The notes beneath the pieces are model-generated. The model was not told the DNA's origin. It saw nothing but the letters and a program-made list of their open reading frames with translations, and did not search any database. DNA of 64,000 bases from an uncultured Gemmatimonadaceae bacterium (lineage in GTDB: Bacteria; Gemmatimonadota; Gemmatimonadetes; Longimicrobiales; Gaopeijiaceae): NCBI GenBank assembly GCA_964412015.1, contig CAYPMO010000004.1:50504-114503 (forward strand), given 5' to 3'. Both the position numbers and the translations under genes were made by a program. Shown here piece after piece: positions 51,353 to 60,440 of this stretch. The stretch's first letter is position 1; every line of letters starts with the position of its first letter.

Positions 51353-51698
51353 ATCTGCGGCCGGGTGGCATGCACCCTCCAGGTCGCAGGCACGTCGGCT
51401 GGTTGGCAGTTGCGGGGCGGCACGGCAGCCGACGGCCGAGCGGCTCCGCAGGAGCCCCACCCCGCGCTGCCCGTCTCGTGCCACGCGACGATTCGCATTG
51501 CCCCCGTTGGGGGCCGAGGGACCTCGCTTCACTCCCGGTCGGCGGTGTCGGACGCGGCCCACGGGTCGAGCAGGTACCCCATGTATGCAAATGGGGCGTC
51601 GGGGGGTCAAGGTTTTCTTCGCTCGTGTCCGCACGACATCGAACGTGTCCGGAAGCCGGGACGGAAGGTGGGTGGCACCTCGCGGTGGCAAACCGTGT

Positions 51699-51718
51699 AT
51701 GTCATTGTCTATTGACAT
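51699..51718. promoter_or_regulatory. 20-bp operator-like palindrome in an AT-rich patch upstream of the Bor-like gene
   Basis: ATGTCA-N8-TGACAT with perfect 6-bp arms. It overlaps a TTGACA hexamer (51712-51717) about 100 nt upstream of ATG 51821. No convincing -10 box lies at 16-18 nt spacing. Confidence 0.35.
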
Positions 51719-51820
51719 TTTACAGCCGTAGATCGCCGGTGGCACGCGCCGTGCGGCCAGTGATCGCGTCCGGGTCGCCGGTGCAGCCCGGTGTGGACGA
51801 GAGAACCACGAGGAGGGACC

Positions 51821-52270
51821 ATGCGAGGGATGACGGGAAGGGCGGCCGCGGTGGGTCTGGGCCTGACCGCGGCCCTGCTGGCGGCGGGGTGCTTCGAGCA
51901 TACCATCCAGGCGGGGGGCGGCGCGCCCCGGGGACCCGTGGTCTACGACCACTGGGAGCACTTCTGGTTGGGCGGATTGGTGGGCCACACCCGGGTCGAC
52001 GTCGAGCGCATGTGTCCGTCGGGCCATGCCACCATCGAGGCCAAACAGACGTTCCTGAACGGGCTCGTCGCCGGGCTCACAAGCGGCATCTACACGCCCA
52101 TGACGCTCAGGGTGCGGTGCCGCGACGGCAGCCCGGCGGCGGTGGAACTGTCCGCCGGGGACGTGGAGCGCATCGTCTCGGGCGGGGAGTTCGAGGCCCT
52201 GGTGGCCGCCGAGCTGCCCGAACGGCTCCCCGACGTCGTCGATGCCAGGGCCGCGCTGGCCCGACCCTAG
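51821..52270 (+). CDS. Bor/Iss-family lipoprotein domain protein with ~50-aa C-terminal extension
   Basis: 149 aa with an AGGAGGG SD and lipobox LLAAGC. The core EHFWLGGLVGHTRVDVERMCPSGHATIEAKQTFLNGLVAGLTSGIYTPMTLRVRC aligns with lambda Bor (HHFFVSGIGQKKTVDAAKICGG..TQQTFVNGLLGFITLGIYTPLEARVYC) as I recall it. Confidence 0.7.
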   Translation: MRGMTGRAAAVGLGLTAALLAAGCFEHTIQAGGGAPRGPVVYDHWEHFWLGGLVGHTRVDVERMCPSGHATIEAKQTFLNGLVAGLTSGIYTPMTLRVRCRDGSPAAVELSAGDVERIVSGGEFEALVAAELPERLPDVVDARAALARP

Positions 52271-52410
52271 GAGCCGGAGGAGGCTTGCCCTCGGTGCGGT
52301 AGCGATGGACGGCCGCGTCTGGGTGATCGGGCTACTGATGCTCATCGGAGGCGGGGTCACGCTCCACCTCTATTCGCTGCCCACGTCCCTGCCGGTGCCC
52401 GTCTCCCGTG

Positions 52411-52764
52411 TCAATGCAGCGCGTTGTGGAGCGTCTCGGCCAGACTCCGAGTGAACGACGGGATCTCTGCCAGAGCGTCCACCGACGCATGCTCGAGGTC
52501 CCACAGCCGGATGAAGCGCCCCGCCACCGCCTCCCGCCGCCTCGGCCCCAGGCCCTTCACGCCCAGGGATTCCAGGTGCGCCAGCACTCGCTCCTGCTCG
52601 AGCGCCGTTCCGATGGCGTCCGGGTCGCTCGTGTCCACCCCGGCGTCGGTGAGCTGAGCCAGCAGCTCGAGCCAGTCGTGGTGAGTCCATCCGTGTGGGT
52701 GAGCATTCACGAAGTCGCGGAGCTGTTCCCGGAAACCGTTGTGCTCAATGGCCATTCGGGCCAC
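52411..52764 (-). CDS. hypothetical protein with helix-hairpin-helix-like motif
   Basis: 117-aa ORF with coding-like third-position G/C. LESLGVKGLGPRRREAVAGRF resembles an HhH motif. No family is recognised. An alternative start is at 52755. Confidence 0.55.
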   Translation of the reverse strand: MARMAIEHNGFREQLRDFVNAHPHGWTHHDWLELLAQLTDAGVDTSDPDAIGTALEQERVLAHLESLGVKGLGPRRREAVAGRFIRLWDLEHASVDALAEIPSFTRSLAETLHNALH

Positions 52765-52903
52765 CTCCTTCGAACGTCCGGTGCCAGGCAGGGCCGGCGG
52801 CCGGCAGCGGGAAGACGTCGGCCTTCACTTCCCCGGGGTCGCGGGCGATAATAGCCTCGCTCATCGACCCCCAGTACCCTCTGAACGTAACGGGTTTCCG
52901 GAC

Positions 52904-55069
52904 ATGATGGTGGACCTATCAGGGAGGATCCCCTACCTCCCGGAGCGGCTCCAGGACTTGGAGCGCCTCGCGTTCAACCTCTGGTGGAGGTGGAACCGCC
53001 GGGCCCGCTGGATGCTGCGCGCCATCGACCCGGTCCTCTGGTCCGCAACGCGGCACAACCCGGTGGCCCTGCTCAGGGGAGTCAGCCCCCACCGGCTGGC
53101 CCAATGCGCGTCCGATCCGGAGTTCCTGAAGCTCTTCGACCAGACCATGGCCGATTTCCGGGCGATGAAGGAGAGGACGGAAACCTGGTTCAGCCATCGC
53201 TACCCCGACGTAGACCACGGGAACCCGGTCGCGTACTTCTGCGCCGAGTTCGGGCTGCACAACTCGCTCCCGATCTACTCCGGCGGCCTGGGCGTCTTGG
53301 CCGGGGACACCTGCAAGGCGGCCTCCGACCTCGGCATCCCGTTCATCGGCGTCGGCCTGCTGTACTCCAAGGGGTACTTCGACCAGAAGCTCAACCTCGA
53401 GGGATGGCAAGAGGGCTCCGACGAGGTCTTCGACCCCGTGATCATGCCCCTCGTCCAACTGACCGGGCCCGCCGGCGCGGTGTCCCTCGCCGTGGTGACC
53501 ACCGCCGGTCGCCCCGTGCACATCGGTGCCTGGCTCCTCGAGGCCGGGCGGGTGAAGCTGTACCTGCTCGACACGAACCTCCCCGAGAACCACCCCGACG
53601 ACCGCGAGCTCACGTACAAGCTGTACAGCGGTGGGCAGGAGCATCGTCTCCGGCAGGAGTGGATCCTCGGCGTGGGGGGAGTGCGCGTCCTTCGTGCGCT
53701 CGGCCTTCATCCCGGGGCCTGGCACGCGAACGAGGGCCACGCGTCGTTCATGCTCGTGGAGCGGCTGCGTGAGCGCATGGTCGCGGGGCAGCCCCTCGAG
53801 GAAGCCGTCCGTGCCGTGCGCGCCGAGAGCATCTTCACGACGCATACGCCGGTCCCGGCCGGGCACGACATGTTCCACCCGGAGAGCATCGATCAGGTGT
53901 GCTCCGATTTCTGGGCGCAGGGGCCGCTGGACCGGGATACCTTCTACCGGCTGGGCGGGCATCCCGAGCTGGACCACGGGCGTTTCCACATGACGGCCGC
54001 CGCCATCCGTCTGTCAGCCCACGTCAACGGAGTGTCCAAGCGCCACACCCGCGTGACCCAGGAGTTGTGGACGCCGCTCTGGCCGGGTCGAGCGGCCAGT
54101 CATGTCCCCATCGATGGGATCACGAACGGCGTCCACCTCTGCAGTTGGATGTCCCACCACCTGATGGAGCTCCTGGAGGAGCTGTTCGGGCCCGAGTGGG
54201 AGAAGGACAAGGACCACCCACCCGACTGGAATCGGGTCGCGGAATTGGACGACGTCAGGCTCTGGAAAGCACACGTCCTGATGAAGGAGATCCTGTTGGA
54301 TTTCTGCCGCGAGCAGGCCCGCACCCGGTGGATCGAGCTCTGGAAGGAGGCGGCGCACCTGGTGGGAGCCGGGACCCTGCTGTCCCCCGAGCCGCTCACG
54401 CTCGGCTTCGCGCGTCGGTTCGCCACCTACAAGAGAGCCAACCTCGTCTTCCGTGACGTGGAGCGCCTGCGACGTCTTCTCACCGACCCGAGGCGCCCCG
54501 TACAGCTCGTCTTCTCCGGAAAGGCACACCCGGCCGACGACGATGCGAAGCGTGTGCTCCAGATGGTGTGGCAGTTGTCGCGCGACTCCCGCTTCGGAGG
54601 CCGCATCGCCTTCGTGGAGGACTACGAGTTGCATGTGGCGCATCGCCTCGTGCAGGGTGTGGACGTGTGGTTGAACTTGCCCCGCGTGCCCATGGAGGCG
54701 TCAGGCACGAGCGGCATGAAGGCGGCGCTGAATTGCGTCCCGCAGATCAGCACACTCGACGGCTGGTGGGCCGAAGGATTCAACGGCACCAACGGTTGGG
54801 CGATCCCCGTGCTCTCGGGCCCGGAAGAGCAGGTGGACGACCACGACCATGACGCCCTGTTCACCTTGCTGGAGCGCGAGGTCGTGCCACTCTACTACGA
54901 GCGTGACGAGCAGGGCCTGCCGCGCGGGTGGATCAAGGTGATGAAGGAGGCGCTGCGCGTGAGCGCCTCGCAGTTCACCACCGAACGGATGGTGAAGGAA
55001 TACACCGAGCGTTTCTACGTATCCGCGCTCTCGAGCCGCATCGACCGCGACGATCCGCCCATCGCCTAA
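52904..55069 (+). CDS. glgP: alpha-glucan (glycogen/maltodextrin) phosphorylase, GT35
   Basis: 721 aa from ATG 52904. Motifs: ERLAFNLWWRWN, YFCAEFGLHNSLPIYSGGLGVLAGD, NEGHASF, FARRFATYKR and the PLP-lysine block EASGTSGMKAALN. Confidence 0.9.
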   Translation: MMVDLSGRIPYLPERLQDLERLAFNLWWRWNRRARWMLRAIDPVLWSATRHNPVALLRGVSPHRLAQCASDPEFLKLFDQTMADFRAMKERTETWFSHRYPDVDHGNPVAYFCAEFGLHNSLPIYSGGLGVLAGDTCKAASDLGIPFIGVGLLYSKGYFDQKLNLEGWQEGSDEVFDPVIMPLVQLTGPAGAVSLAVVTTAGRPVHIGAWLLEAGRVKLYLLDTNLPENHPDDRELTYKLYSGGQEHRLRQEWILGVGGVRVLRALGLHPGAWHANEGHASFMLVERLRERMVAGQPLEEAVRAVRAESIFTTHTPVPAGHDMFHPESIDQVCSDFWAQGPLDRDTFYRLGGHPELDHGRFHMTAAAIRLSAHVNGVSKRHTRVTQELWTPLWPGRAASHVPIDGITNGVHLCSWMSHHLMELLEELFGPEWEKDKDHPPDWNRVAELDDVRLWKAHVLMKEILLDFCREQARTRWIELWKEAAHLVGAGTLLSPEPLTLGFARRFATYKRANLVFRDVERLRRLLTDPRRPVQLVFSGKAHPADDDAKRVLQMVWQLSRDSRFGGRIAFVEDYELHVAHRLVQGVDVWLNLPRVPMEASGTSGMKAALNCVPQISTLDGWWAEGFNGTNGWAIPVLSGPEEQVDDHDHDALFTLLEREVVPLYYERDEQGLPRGWIKVMKEALRVSASQFTTERMVKEYTERFYVSALSSRIDRDDPPIA

Positions 55070-55101
55070 CGGATCCCCCGTGCTCGCGGGGCCCTGGACC
55101 G

Positions 55102-57333
55102 TCAGTCGGCGTCCCGCTTCAGCCAGAGCGCCGAGAGCCCCGGCAGGGGCAGCTCCAGGTACTGGTCACGCCCATGGAGCCGGCCGGGGATCGCTTGCAG
55201 GACCGGCGGAACCACGACGCCGCCGCCGCCGAACTCGGGGGCGTCCGTGTTCAGGATCACGCGCCAGCGCCCCGGAAAGGGAACCGCGAGGCGGAACCCG
55301 TCGCGGCGTGTGGGAGTGAAGTTCACCACGACCGCGACCGTGTCCTTCCACTCCCTGGACCAGCGGAGGTACGAGATCACCGTGCGCTCCCGATCATGGC
55401 AGTCCAGCCACTCGAAGCCGTCGGGATGGAAGTCGAGGTCGTGGAGCGATGCCTCGCCGAGATAGAGATCGTTCAGGGCTCTCACCAGCCGTGACATGCC
55501 CTGATGGTAGGGATAGTCCAGCAGCGCCCAGTCCAGGGATCCATCCACGTCCCACTCGGTCCACTGCCCCATCTCCCCACCCATGAAGAGAAGCTTCTTC
55601 CCGGGGTGCGACCACATGTACGCATAGAGGGTCCGGAGGCTCGCGAACTTGGCCTCCGGGGGCCCCGGCATCTTCGCGAGCAGCGACCGCTTCCCGTGGA
55701 CCACCTCGTCGTGGGAGAGCGGGAGCACGAAGCGCTCGCTGAACGCGTAGACGATCGAGAACGTGAGCCGCTCGTACTGTCCCGCGCGGAAGAGCGGATC
55801 GGTCTCCATGAACTCCAGCGTGTCATTCATCCACCCCATGTTCCACTTCTGGTCGAAGCCCAGTCCGCCCCGATCGGTGCCGTGCGAGACGCGCGGCCAC
55901 GAGGTGGACTCCTCGGCGAACACGAGCGCTCCGGGACACCTCGCGTGGATCACGTCGTTGACGTTCCTCAGGAAGGCGATGGCCTCGAGGTTCTCCCGTC
56001 CCCCGTACTGGTTGGGCAACCACTCCCCTTCCGCCCGCGAGTAGTCCAGGTAGAGCATGGACGCGACCGCATCCACGCGCAGGCCGTCCAGGTGGTAGTC
56101 CTCGAGCCAGTGCAGGGCGCTGGAGACCAGGAACGAGCGCACCGGCGGCTTGCCGTAGTCGAAGATCCTCGTGCCCCAGTCGGGGTGGCGCCCTCGGCGC
56201 GGATCGGGGTGCTCGTAGAGGGCGCAGCCGTCGAAGCGCACCAGACCGTGGGCGTCCTCGGGATAGTGACCGGGCACCCAGTCGAGGATGACCCCGAGGC
56301 CCATCTGATGGGCGCGGTCCACGAAGTAGCGGAAGTCGTCGGGGAGGCCCCAGCGCGACGTCGGCGCGAAGTATCCCAGGGCCTGGTATCCCCAGCTCTG
56401 GTCGTAGGGGTGCTCCAGCACGGGCAGGAGCTCCAGGTGAGTGAAGCCGAGGTCCTTCACGTATCGGAGGAGGTCGTCCGCCAGCGCGCGATACCCGGGC
56501 CAGCCGTGGTCTCCGACCGCTCGCTCCTCGGGGTGCCTGCGCTTCCACGAGCCCAGGTGCACTTCATAGATGGCCATGGGTGACGCGGCGTGATCCCACG
56601 CCCGCCGGGATTCCATCCACGCCGCGTCGCCCCATCCGTATCCGCCGACGTCGCACACGACGGACGCGGTCGCCGGGCGGAGCTCCATCCCACGCCCGCA
56701 CGGGTCGGCCTTGTCGACCTTACGGCCCGACGCGGTGACCACCTCGTACTTGTAGACCGTCCCCGGGCCGTGGCCGGGGATGAACAGCTCCCAGACGCCG
56801 GTGGAGCCGCGGGGGCGCATGGGATGGCAGCGTGCCTCCCACCGGTTGAACGTGCCCATGAGGTTCACGGCCGAAGCGTGGGGCGCCCACACCGCGAACC
56901 CCGTGCCGGCCATTCCCTCGTGCGTCATCGGGCGCGCGCCGAGCACCTCGTGGACCCTCCACTCCTCGCCTTCCAGAAACCGGTGTACGCGTGACTCGTC
57001 CAGGAACGGGGGGAAGCGGTACGGGTCGTCCAGCTCCACTCGTTGCCCGGCGCCGTCCGTGGCCCTGACGCGATACGGGAAGTACGCCGGCTCTCCTGCG
57101 AAGACCGCGGTGAACAGCCCCTCGGCATCCCCATGCTCCATGCGGACCTCGAAGCCACCTGGCCGCCGCAGCACGACCTCGCTCGCCCAGGGGAGCCATA
57201 CGCGCACGACACGGCCGCGTGCGCCCCGGTCGTGCCAGGGATGGTTTCCCAGGATGTCGAACGGATGCCTGCAGCGTCCCTCGACGAGGGAGGCGATCTG
57301 TTCGCGGGTCGGGTGAGCGTTCACGATACCCAA
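55102..57333 (-). CDS. glgB: 1,4-alpha-glucan branching enzyme (GH13)
   Basis: 743 aa. GH13 catalytic blocks: DWVPGH, GLRVDAVASMLY, FAEESTSWP and LSHDEVVHGK, plus N-terminal CBM48-like segments. The start codon is uncertain (TTG 57333 or GTG 57324). Confidence 0.95.
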   Translation of the reverse strand: MGIVNAHPTREQIASLVEGRCRHPFDILGNHPWHDRGARGRVVRVWLPWASEVVLRRPGGFEVRMEHGDAEGLFTAVFAGEPAYFPYRVRATDGAGQRVELDDPYRFPPFLDESRVHRFLEGEEWRVHEVLGARPMTHEGMAGTGFAVWAPHASAVNLMGTFNRWEARCHPMRPRGSTGVWELFIPGHGPGTVYKYEVVTASGRKVDKADPCGRGMELRPATASVVCDVGGYGWGDAAWMESRRAWDHAASPMAIYEVHLGSWKRRHPEERAVGDHGWPGYRALADDLLRYVKDLGFTHLELLPVLEHPYDQSWGYQALGYFAPTSRWGLPDDFRYFVDRAHQMGLGVILDWVPGHYPEDAHGLVRFDGCALYEHPDPRRGRHPDWGTRIFDYGKPPVRSFLVSSALHWLEDYHLDGLRVDAVASMLYLDYSRAEGEWLPNQYGGRENLEAIAFLRNVNDVIHARCPGALVFAEESTSWPRVSHGTDRGGLGFDQKWNMGWMNDTLEFMETDPLFRAGQYERLTFSIVYAFSERFVLPLSHDEVVHGKRSLLAKMPGPPEAKFASLRTLYAYMWSHPGKKLLFMGGEMGQWTEWDVDGSLDWALLDYPYHQGMSRLVRALNDLYLGEASLHDLDFHPDGFEWLDCHDRERTVISYLRWSREWKDTVAVVVNFTPTRRDGFRLAVPFPGRWRVILNTDAPEFGGGGVVVPPVLQAIPGRLHGRDQYLELPLPGLSALWLKRDAD

Positions 57334-57342
57334 CGTTCCATT

Positions 57343-57373
57343 CCCATGGTCGGTGGCGCAACGGGACCATGGG
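57343..57373. promoter_or_regulatory. perfect 9-bp inverted repeat in the divergent glgB/glgA spacer
   Basis: CCCATGGTC-N13-GACCATGGG. It is the only sizeable symmetry element in the 103-nt spacer. Confidence 0.3.
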
Positions 57374-57436
57374 ATCCGGTTTGAGTCCAGCGTAGTTTTG
57401 GGGAGGTAAGCGCTTCCCGCTTCGGGTTTCCTGATC

Positions 57437-58939
57437 GTGGTCCGAAGTCCCCCACCCGGCCCCGGCTTCTCCCAGGCCGTCGTCCACCTCGCGGCCGAGT
57501 ACTGGCCGTATGCGCGCTCGGGCGGGCTCGGAGAGGCCGTCCGTGGGATCGCCCGACATCAAGCCAAGTCGGGAGTGCGCACGTTCGTCTTCCTCCCGCT
57601 CTACAGGAAGATCAAGAAGGACTATCCCTGGCTCGAGCCGACCTTCGAATTCGACGTCCAGGTGGGCGGGCGGGTGGAGCACGCGCGATTCGTCCATGCC
57701 CCCGCCGCGGACGGGCATCCCACGGTCTACTTCGTGGCCAACGACGGCTACTTCGACCGACCCGACCTGTACGGCGAGAACGGGGCAGCCTATCCGGACA
57801 ACCATCGCCGGTTCGCGTTCTACTGTCGGGCCACGCTCGAAGCCCTGCCCCGCATCCTGCGGGACCCGCCCGTGGTCCATGCCCACGATTGGCACACGGC
57901 GGCGGCGCTCGTCTACCTGCGGACGTCACTCTCCGGCCGGCCGTTCTTCGACCGGACGGCCACCGTCATGACCGTCCACAACGCGGGATTCCAGGGCTAT
58001 TACCGGCCGGACGTGCTCGAGGAGCTCGGCATCGACCGGCGCCACTACCACTGGGGATTCCTCGAATGGTACGGGCAGGCCAACCTGCTCAAGGGCGCGC
58101 TGGTGGCCGCCGACATGGTGACCACGGTCAGTCCCACGCACGCGCGGGAGCTGCGCACCGACGTCGGAGGCTTCGGGCTCCACGGCACGTTCGACGCCCT
58201 CCGGGACCGGTTCGTCGGAATCCTCAATGGGATCGAGCTGGATCTGTGGGACCCGTCCGACGATCCGGAGCTGTGCTGCGCGTTCTCGTCCGAGAACCCC
58301 TGCGCGAAGCCTCGCTGCAAGGAGGCCCTTCAGTGGGAATGCGGCTTCGCGGGCGAGCCCCGGATCCCCCTCGTGGGGATCAGCGCTCGCCTCGTCCGCC
58401 AGAAGGGCCTCGACCTCGTCCTGGACTCCCGCGTCGTGGAAGAGCTCGGGGCCCAGTGGATCTTCCTCGGGCACGGAGAACCATACTACCACAAGCGTCT
58501 CGCGGCGCTGGCCCACCGGTTCCCCGAGCGCGTGGCCGTGCGCTTCGACTTCACCGAGGAGTTCGAGCACCGTCTGCTCGGCGGGGCCGACATGCTGCTC
58601 ATGCCCTCCCTCTACGAGCCGTGCGGCATCACCCAGATGCGCGCGCAGCGCTACGGCGCCCTGCCGGTGGCGCGGCGGGTCGGCGGCCTGGCCGACACGA
58701 TCGAGGACGGTGTGACCGGGTTCCTCTTCGACGGATACGAGCCCTCGGCGTTGCGCGCTGCGCTCGATCGGGCCCTCACCGCGTACGGCGACCCGCCGGC
58801 GTGGCATCGGCTCGTCCGCGAGGCGATGAAGCGGGACTTCGGGTGGGCCCGCTCCGTGGGCCACTATCACGAGGTCTACCGAAGCGCGCTGCGATGGCGC
58901 GCCCACAGGTCCCCGAGGCCGACGCGTCCGACCGGGTGA
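57437..58939 (+). CDS. glgA: glycogen synthase (GT5)
   Basis: 500 aa with a GTG start. N-terminal AAEYWPYARSGGLGEAV is a variant of the KTGGL motif. Other motifs: HAHDWHTA, TTVSPTHARE, LMPSLYEPCGITQM and RRVGGLADT. Confidence 0.9.
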   Translation: MVRSPPPGPGFSQAVVHLAAEYWPYARSGGLGEAVRGIARHQAKSGVRTFVFLPLYRKIKKDYPWLEPTFEFDVQVGGRVEHARFVHAPAADGHPTVYFVANDGYFDRPDLYGENGAAYPDNHRRFAFYCRATLEALPRILRDPPVVHAHDWHTAAALVYLRTSLSGRPFFDRTATVMTVHNAGFQGYYRPDVLEELGIDRRHYHWGFLEWYGQANLLKGALVAADMVTTVSPTHARELRTDVGGFGLHGTFDALRDRFVGILNGIELDLWDPSDDPELCCAFSSENPCAKPRCKEALQWECGFAGEPRIPLVGISARLVRQKGLDLVLDSRVVEELGAQWIFLGHGEPYYHKRLAALAHRFPERVAVRFDFTEEFEHRLLGGADMLLMPSLYEPCGITQMRAQRYGALPVARRVGGLADTIEDGVTGFLFDGYEPSALRAALDRALTAYGDPPAWHRLVREAMKRDFGWARSVGHYHEVYRSALRWRAHRSPRPTRPTG

Positions 58940-58940
58940 C

Positions 58941-60440
58941 CTACGCCGCCGGCGCCGCGGGCGGCCGCCGCACCGTATCGACCAGCGTTCGCCACAGCGC
59001 CCGGGACAGCTCGGGATCCAGCGCATGCAGCACCGCCGCGTAGAGCGGAACCGAGAGCACCGCCCAGCCCACCGTCCCCGGCCAGGATGGTGCCGTATCG
59101 GCGCCCCCGGCGAGCACGCGCAGGACCAGCAATAGCCCGCCGAACAGCATCGCGGCGGCGAACGGCACGAGGAGGTTACCCAGGAACCGGCGCATCGGAA
59201 GCCCGATCAGGCGGTTGGCCATGCGGTGCGACGCGAGCCAGCCGAACAGCTCCAGCGTCGAGAGCGCCGTCACCGCTCCGAACAGGCCCCAGGGCGATCC
59301 GATCAACGTGAAGGCCGCGACCAGAACGACCATGAGCAGCGACCACCGAAGCTGCGTGTCGGGTCGGCCCTGCGACAGGAACACCGCGCCCACGGTATGT
59401 CGGGTGATCGAGAACAGGACCAGGGGCGTCAGAACCCGCACGAGCGGCACGATCTCGACCCACTCCTCCCCGTAGACGAGCAGGACCAGCTCCCGCGCGA
59501 ACACCGCCATGAACACGGCAGCAGGCGCGAAGAGGAGGAACTCGAAGCGGTTCGCCTTCAGATAGTACTCGCGGGCGCGCGCCGGCTCGGACTGCAGCGA
59601 GGCGAGCCCGGGTAGCAGGACCTCGTCACTGATCCGCATCAGGTTCCGGAGCGTATCACGGTTGATGTTCCGCGCGGCGCCGTACAATCCCAGCGCAGCC
59701 TGTCCGAACAGCGAGGAGATCAGGAACCGCTCGAGCTGGAGCGACAGGTTGAAGCCGAACGAGGCTGCCGAAGCCGTGACACCGAATCGAACCGCACTCG
59801 CCGCGTCCTCCCGCCGGAACGTGAAGGACGGCCGCCAGCGCCCGGCCACCCAGAGCGCGGTCGTGCTGAAGGCCATGTACGCCGCCGCCGCCGCGCCGAG
59901 GGCGCCGAGCCAGGAGCCGCCGAGCGCCACGCCGATGCCGGCGAGCACGGCGGCCGTGCCCCCACCCAGGTTCGCGAGCGTGATGAAGCGATACTCGAGG
60001 CGCCGGGCGAGGAGCGCGCTCTGGACGACCGTGAGCGAGAAGACGAAGCACACCGCGCCCATCCAGCGCAGGATGAGCACGAGGCGCTCGTCGTCGTCCC
60101 CCATGGCCGCGATCCACGGGGCGGCGAACGCGAGCGCCGCGCCGGTCACCAGGCCCATCAGCACGTTCACCCAGAACACCGAGGAGAGGTAGGACTGGCT
60201 GGCGTCCTCGCGCTGGAGGATCGCGGCCCTGGTGCCCAGCGTCACGAACGGGAGCGCGACCGCGTACACGCCGTAGGCGAGCTGCGCGAGGCCCAGCTCG
60301 ACGGCACCGCCGAGCCACGCCACGGCCCACGGAAGCAGAAACAGCGTCGAGGCGCGAGCCACGTTGAAGATGAGGATCCAAAAGATCGACCGGAGCGTCC
60401 GTTCCCTGAGCTTCCCGCTCTCGGGCCGTCGAGCGATCAC
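58941..60440 (-). CDS. MOP-superfamily polysaccharide/oligosaccharide flippase (Wzx-like)
   Basis: 499 aa from GTG 60440, which overlaps the Stealth gene stop (GTGA). It has about 12-14 hydrophobic helices, and the Polysacc_synt-type sequence pattern runs throughout. The upstream 75 codons of the track ORF are rejected. Confidence 0.8.
   Translation of the reverse strand: MIARRPESGKLRERTLRSIFWILIFNVARASTLFLLPWAVAWLGGAVELGLAQLAYGVYAVALPFVTLGTRAAILQREDASQSYLSSVFWVNVLMGLVTGAALAFAAPWIAAMGDDDERLVLILRWMGAVCFVFSLTVVQSALLARRLEYRFITLANLGGGTAAVLAGIGVALGGSWLGALGAAAAAYMAFSTTALWVAGRWRPSFTFRREDAASAVRFGVTASAASFGFNLSLQLERFLISSLFGQAALGLYGAARNINRDTLRNLMRISDEVLLPGLASLQSEPARAREYYLKANRFEFLLFAPAAVFMAVFARELVLLVYGEEWVEIVPLVRVLTPLVLFSITRHTVGAVFLSQGRPDTQLRWSLLMVVLVAAFTLIGSPWGLFGAVTALSTLELFGWLASHRMANRLIGLPMRRFLGNLLVPFAAAMLFGGLLLVLRVLAGGADTAPSWPGTVGWAVLSVPLYAAVLHALDPELSRALWRTLVDTVRRPPAAPAA

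Noticed and set aside
51647-51655. GUCCGGAAG, reminiscent of the SRP (4.5S) RNA domain IV tetraloop region
   Set aside because: The flanking sequence lacks the conserved AGCAGCC/GGUCAGGUCC partner strands, and no ~100-nt closing helix can be drawn. Only a cmscan could change this.
51395-51700. TGGCA-containing strings (ttggcagttgc, ggtggcacctcgcggtggca) as possible sigma54 promoters
   Set aside because: The spacing between the GG and GC elements does not fit TGGCAC-N5-TTGC in either case.
51712-51740. TTGACA hexamer as the -35 box of a canonical promoter for the Bor-like gene
   Set aside because: No TATAAT-like hexamer lies 16-18 nt downstream; TAGATC is only 11 nt away. It is kept only as part of the palindrome observation.
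51254-52360. 346-368-aa ORFs on both strands spanning the long intergenic region and the Bor-like gene
   Set aside because: Their composition is Arg/Pro/Gly-rich. They ignore the clear SD plus lipobox start at 51821. No part of them within 51230-51820 shows codon periodicity that I could see.
55070-55101. Small CCCCG-N6-CGGGG hairpin between glgP and glgB stops as a terminator
   Set aside because: It has only a 5-bp stem and no U-tract. In this G+C context it is indistinguishable from chance.
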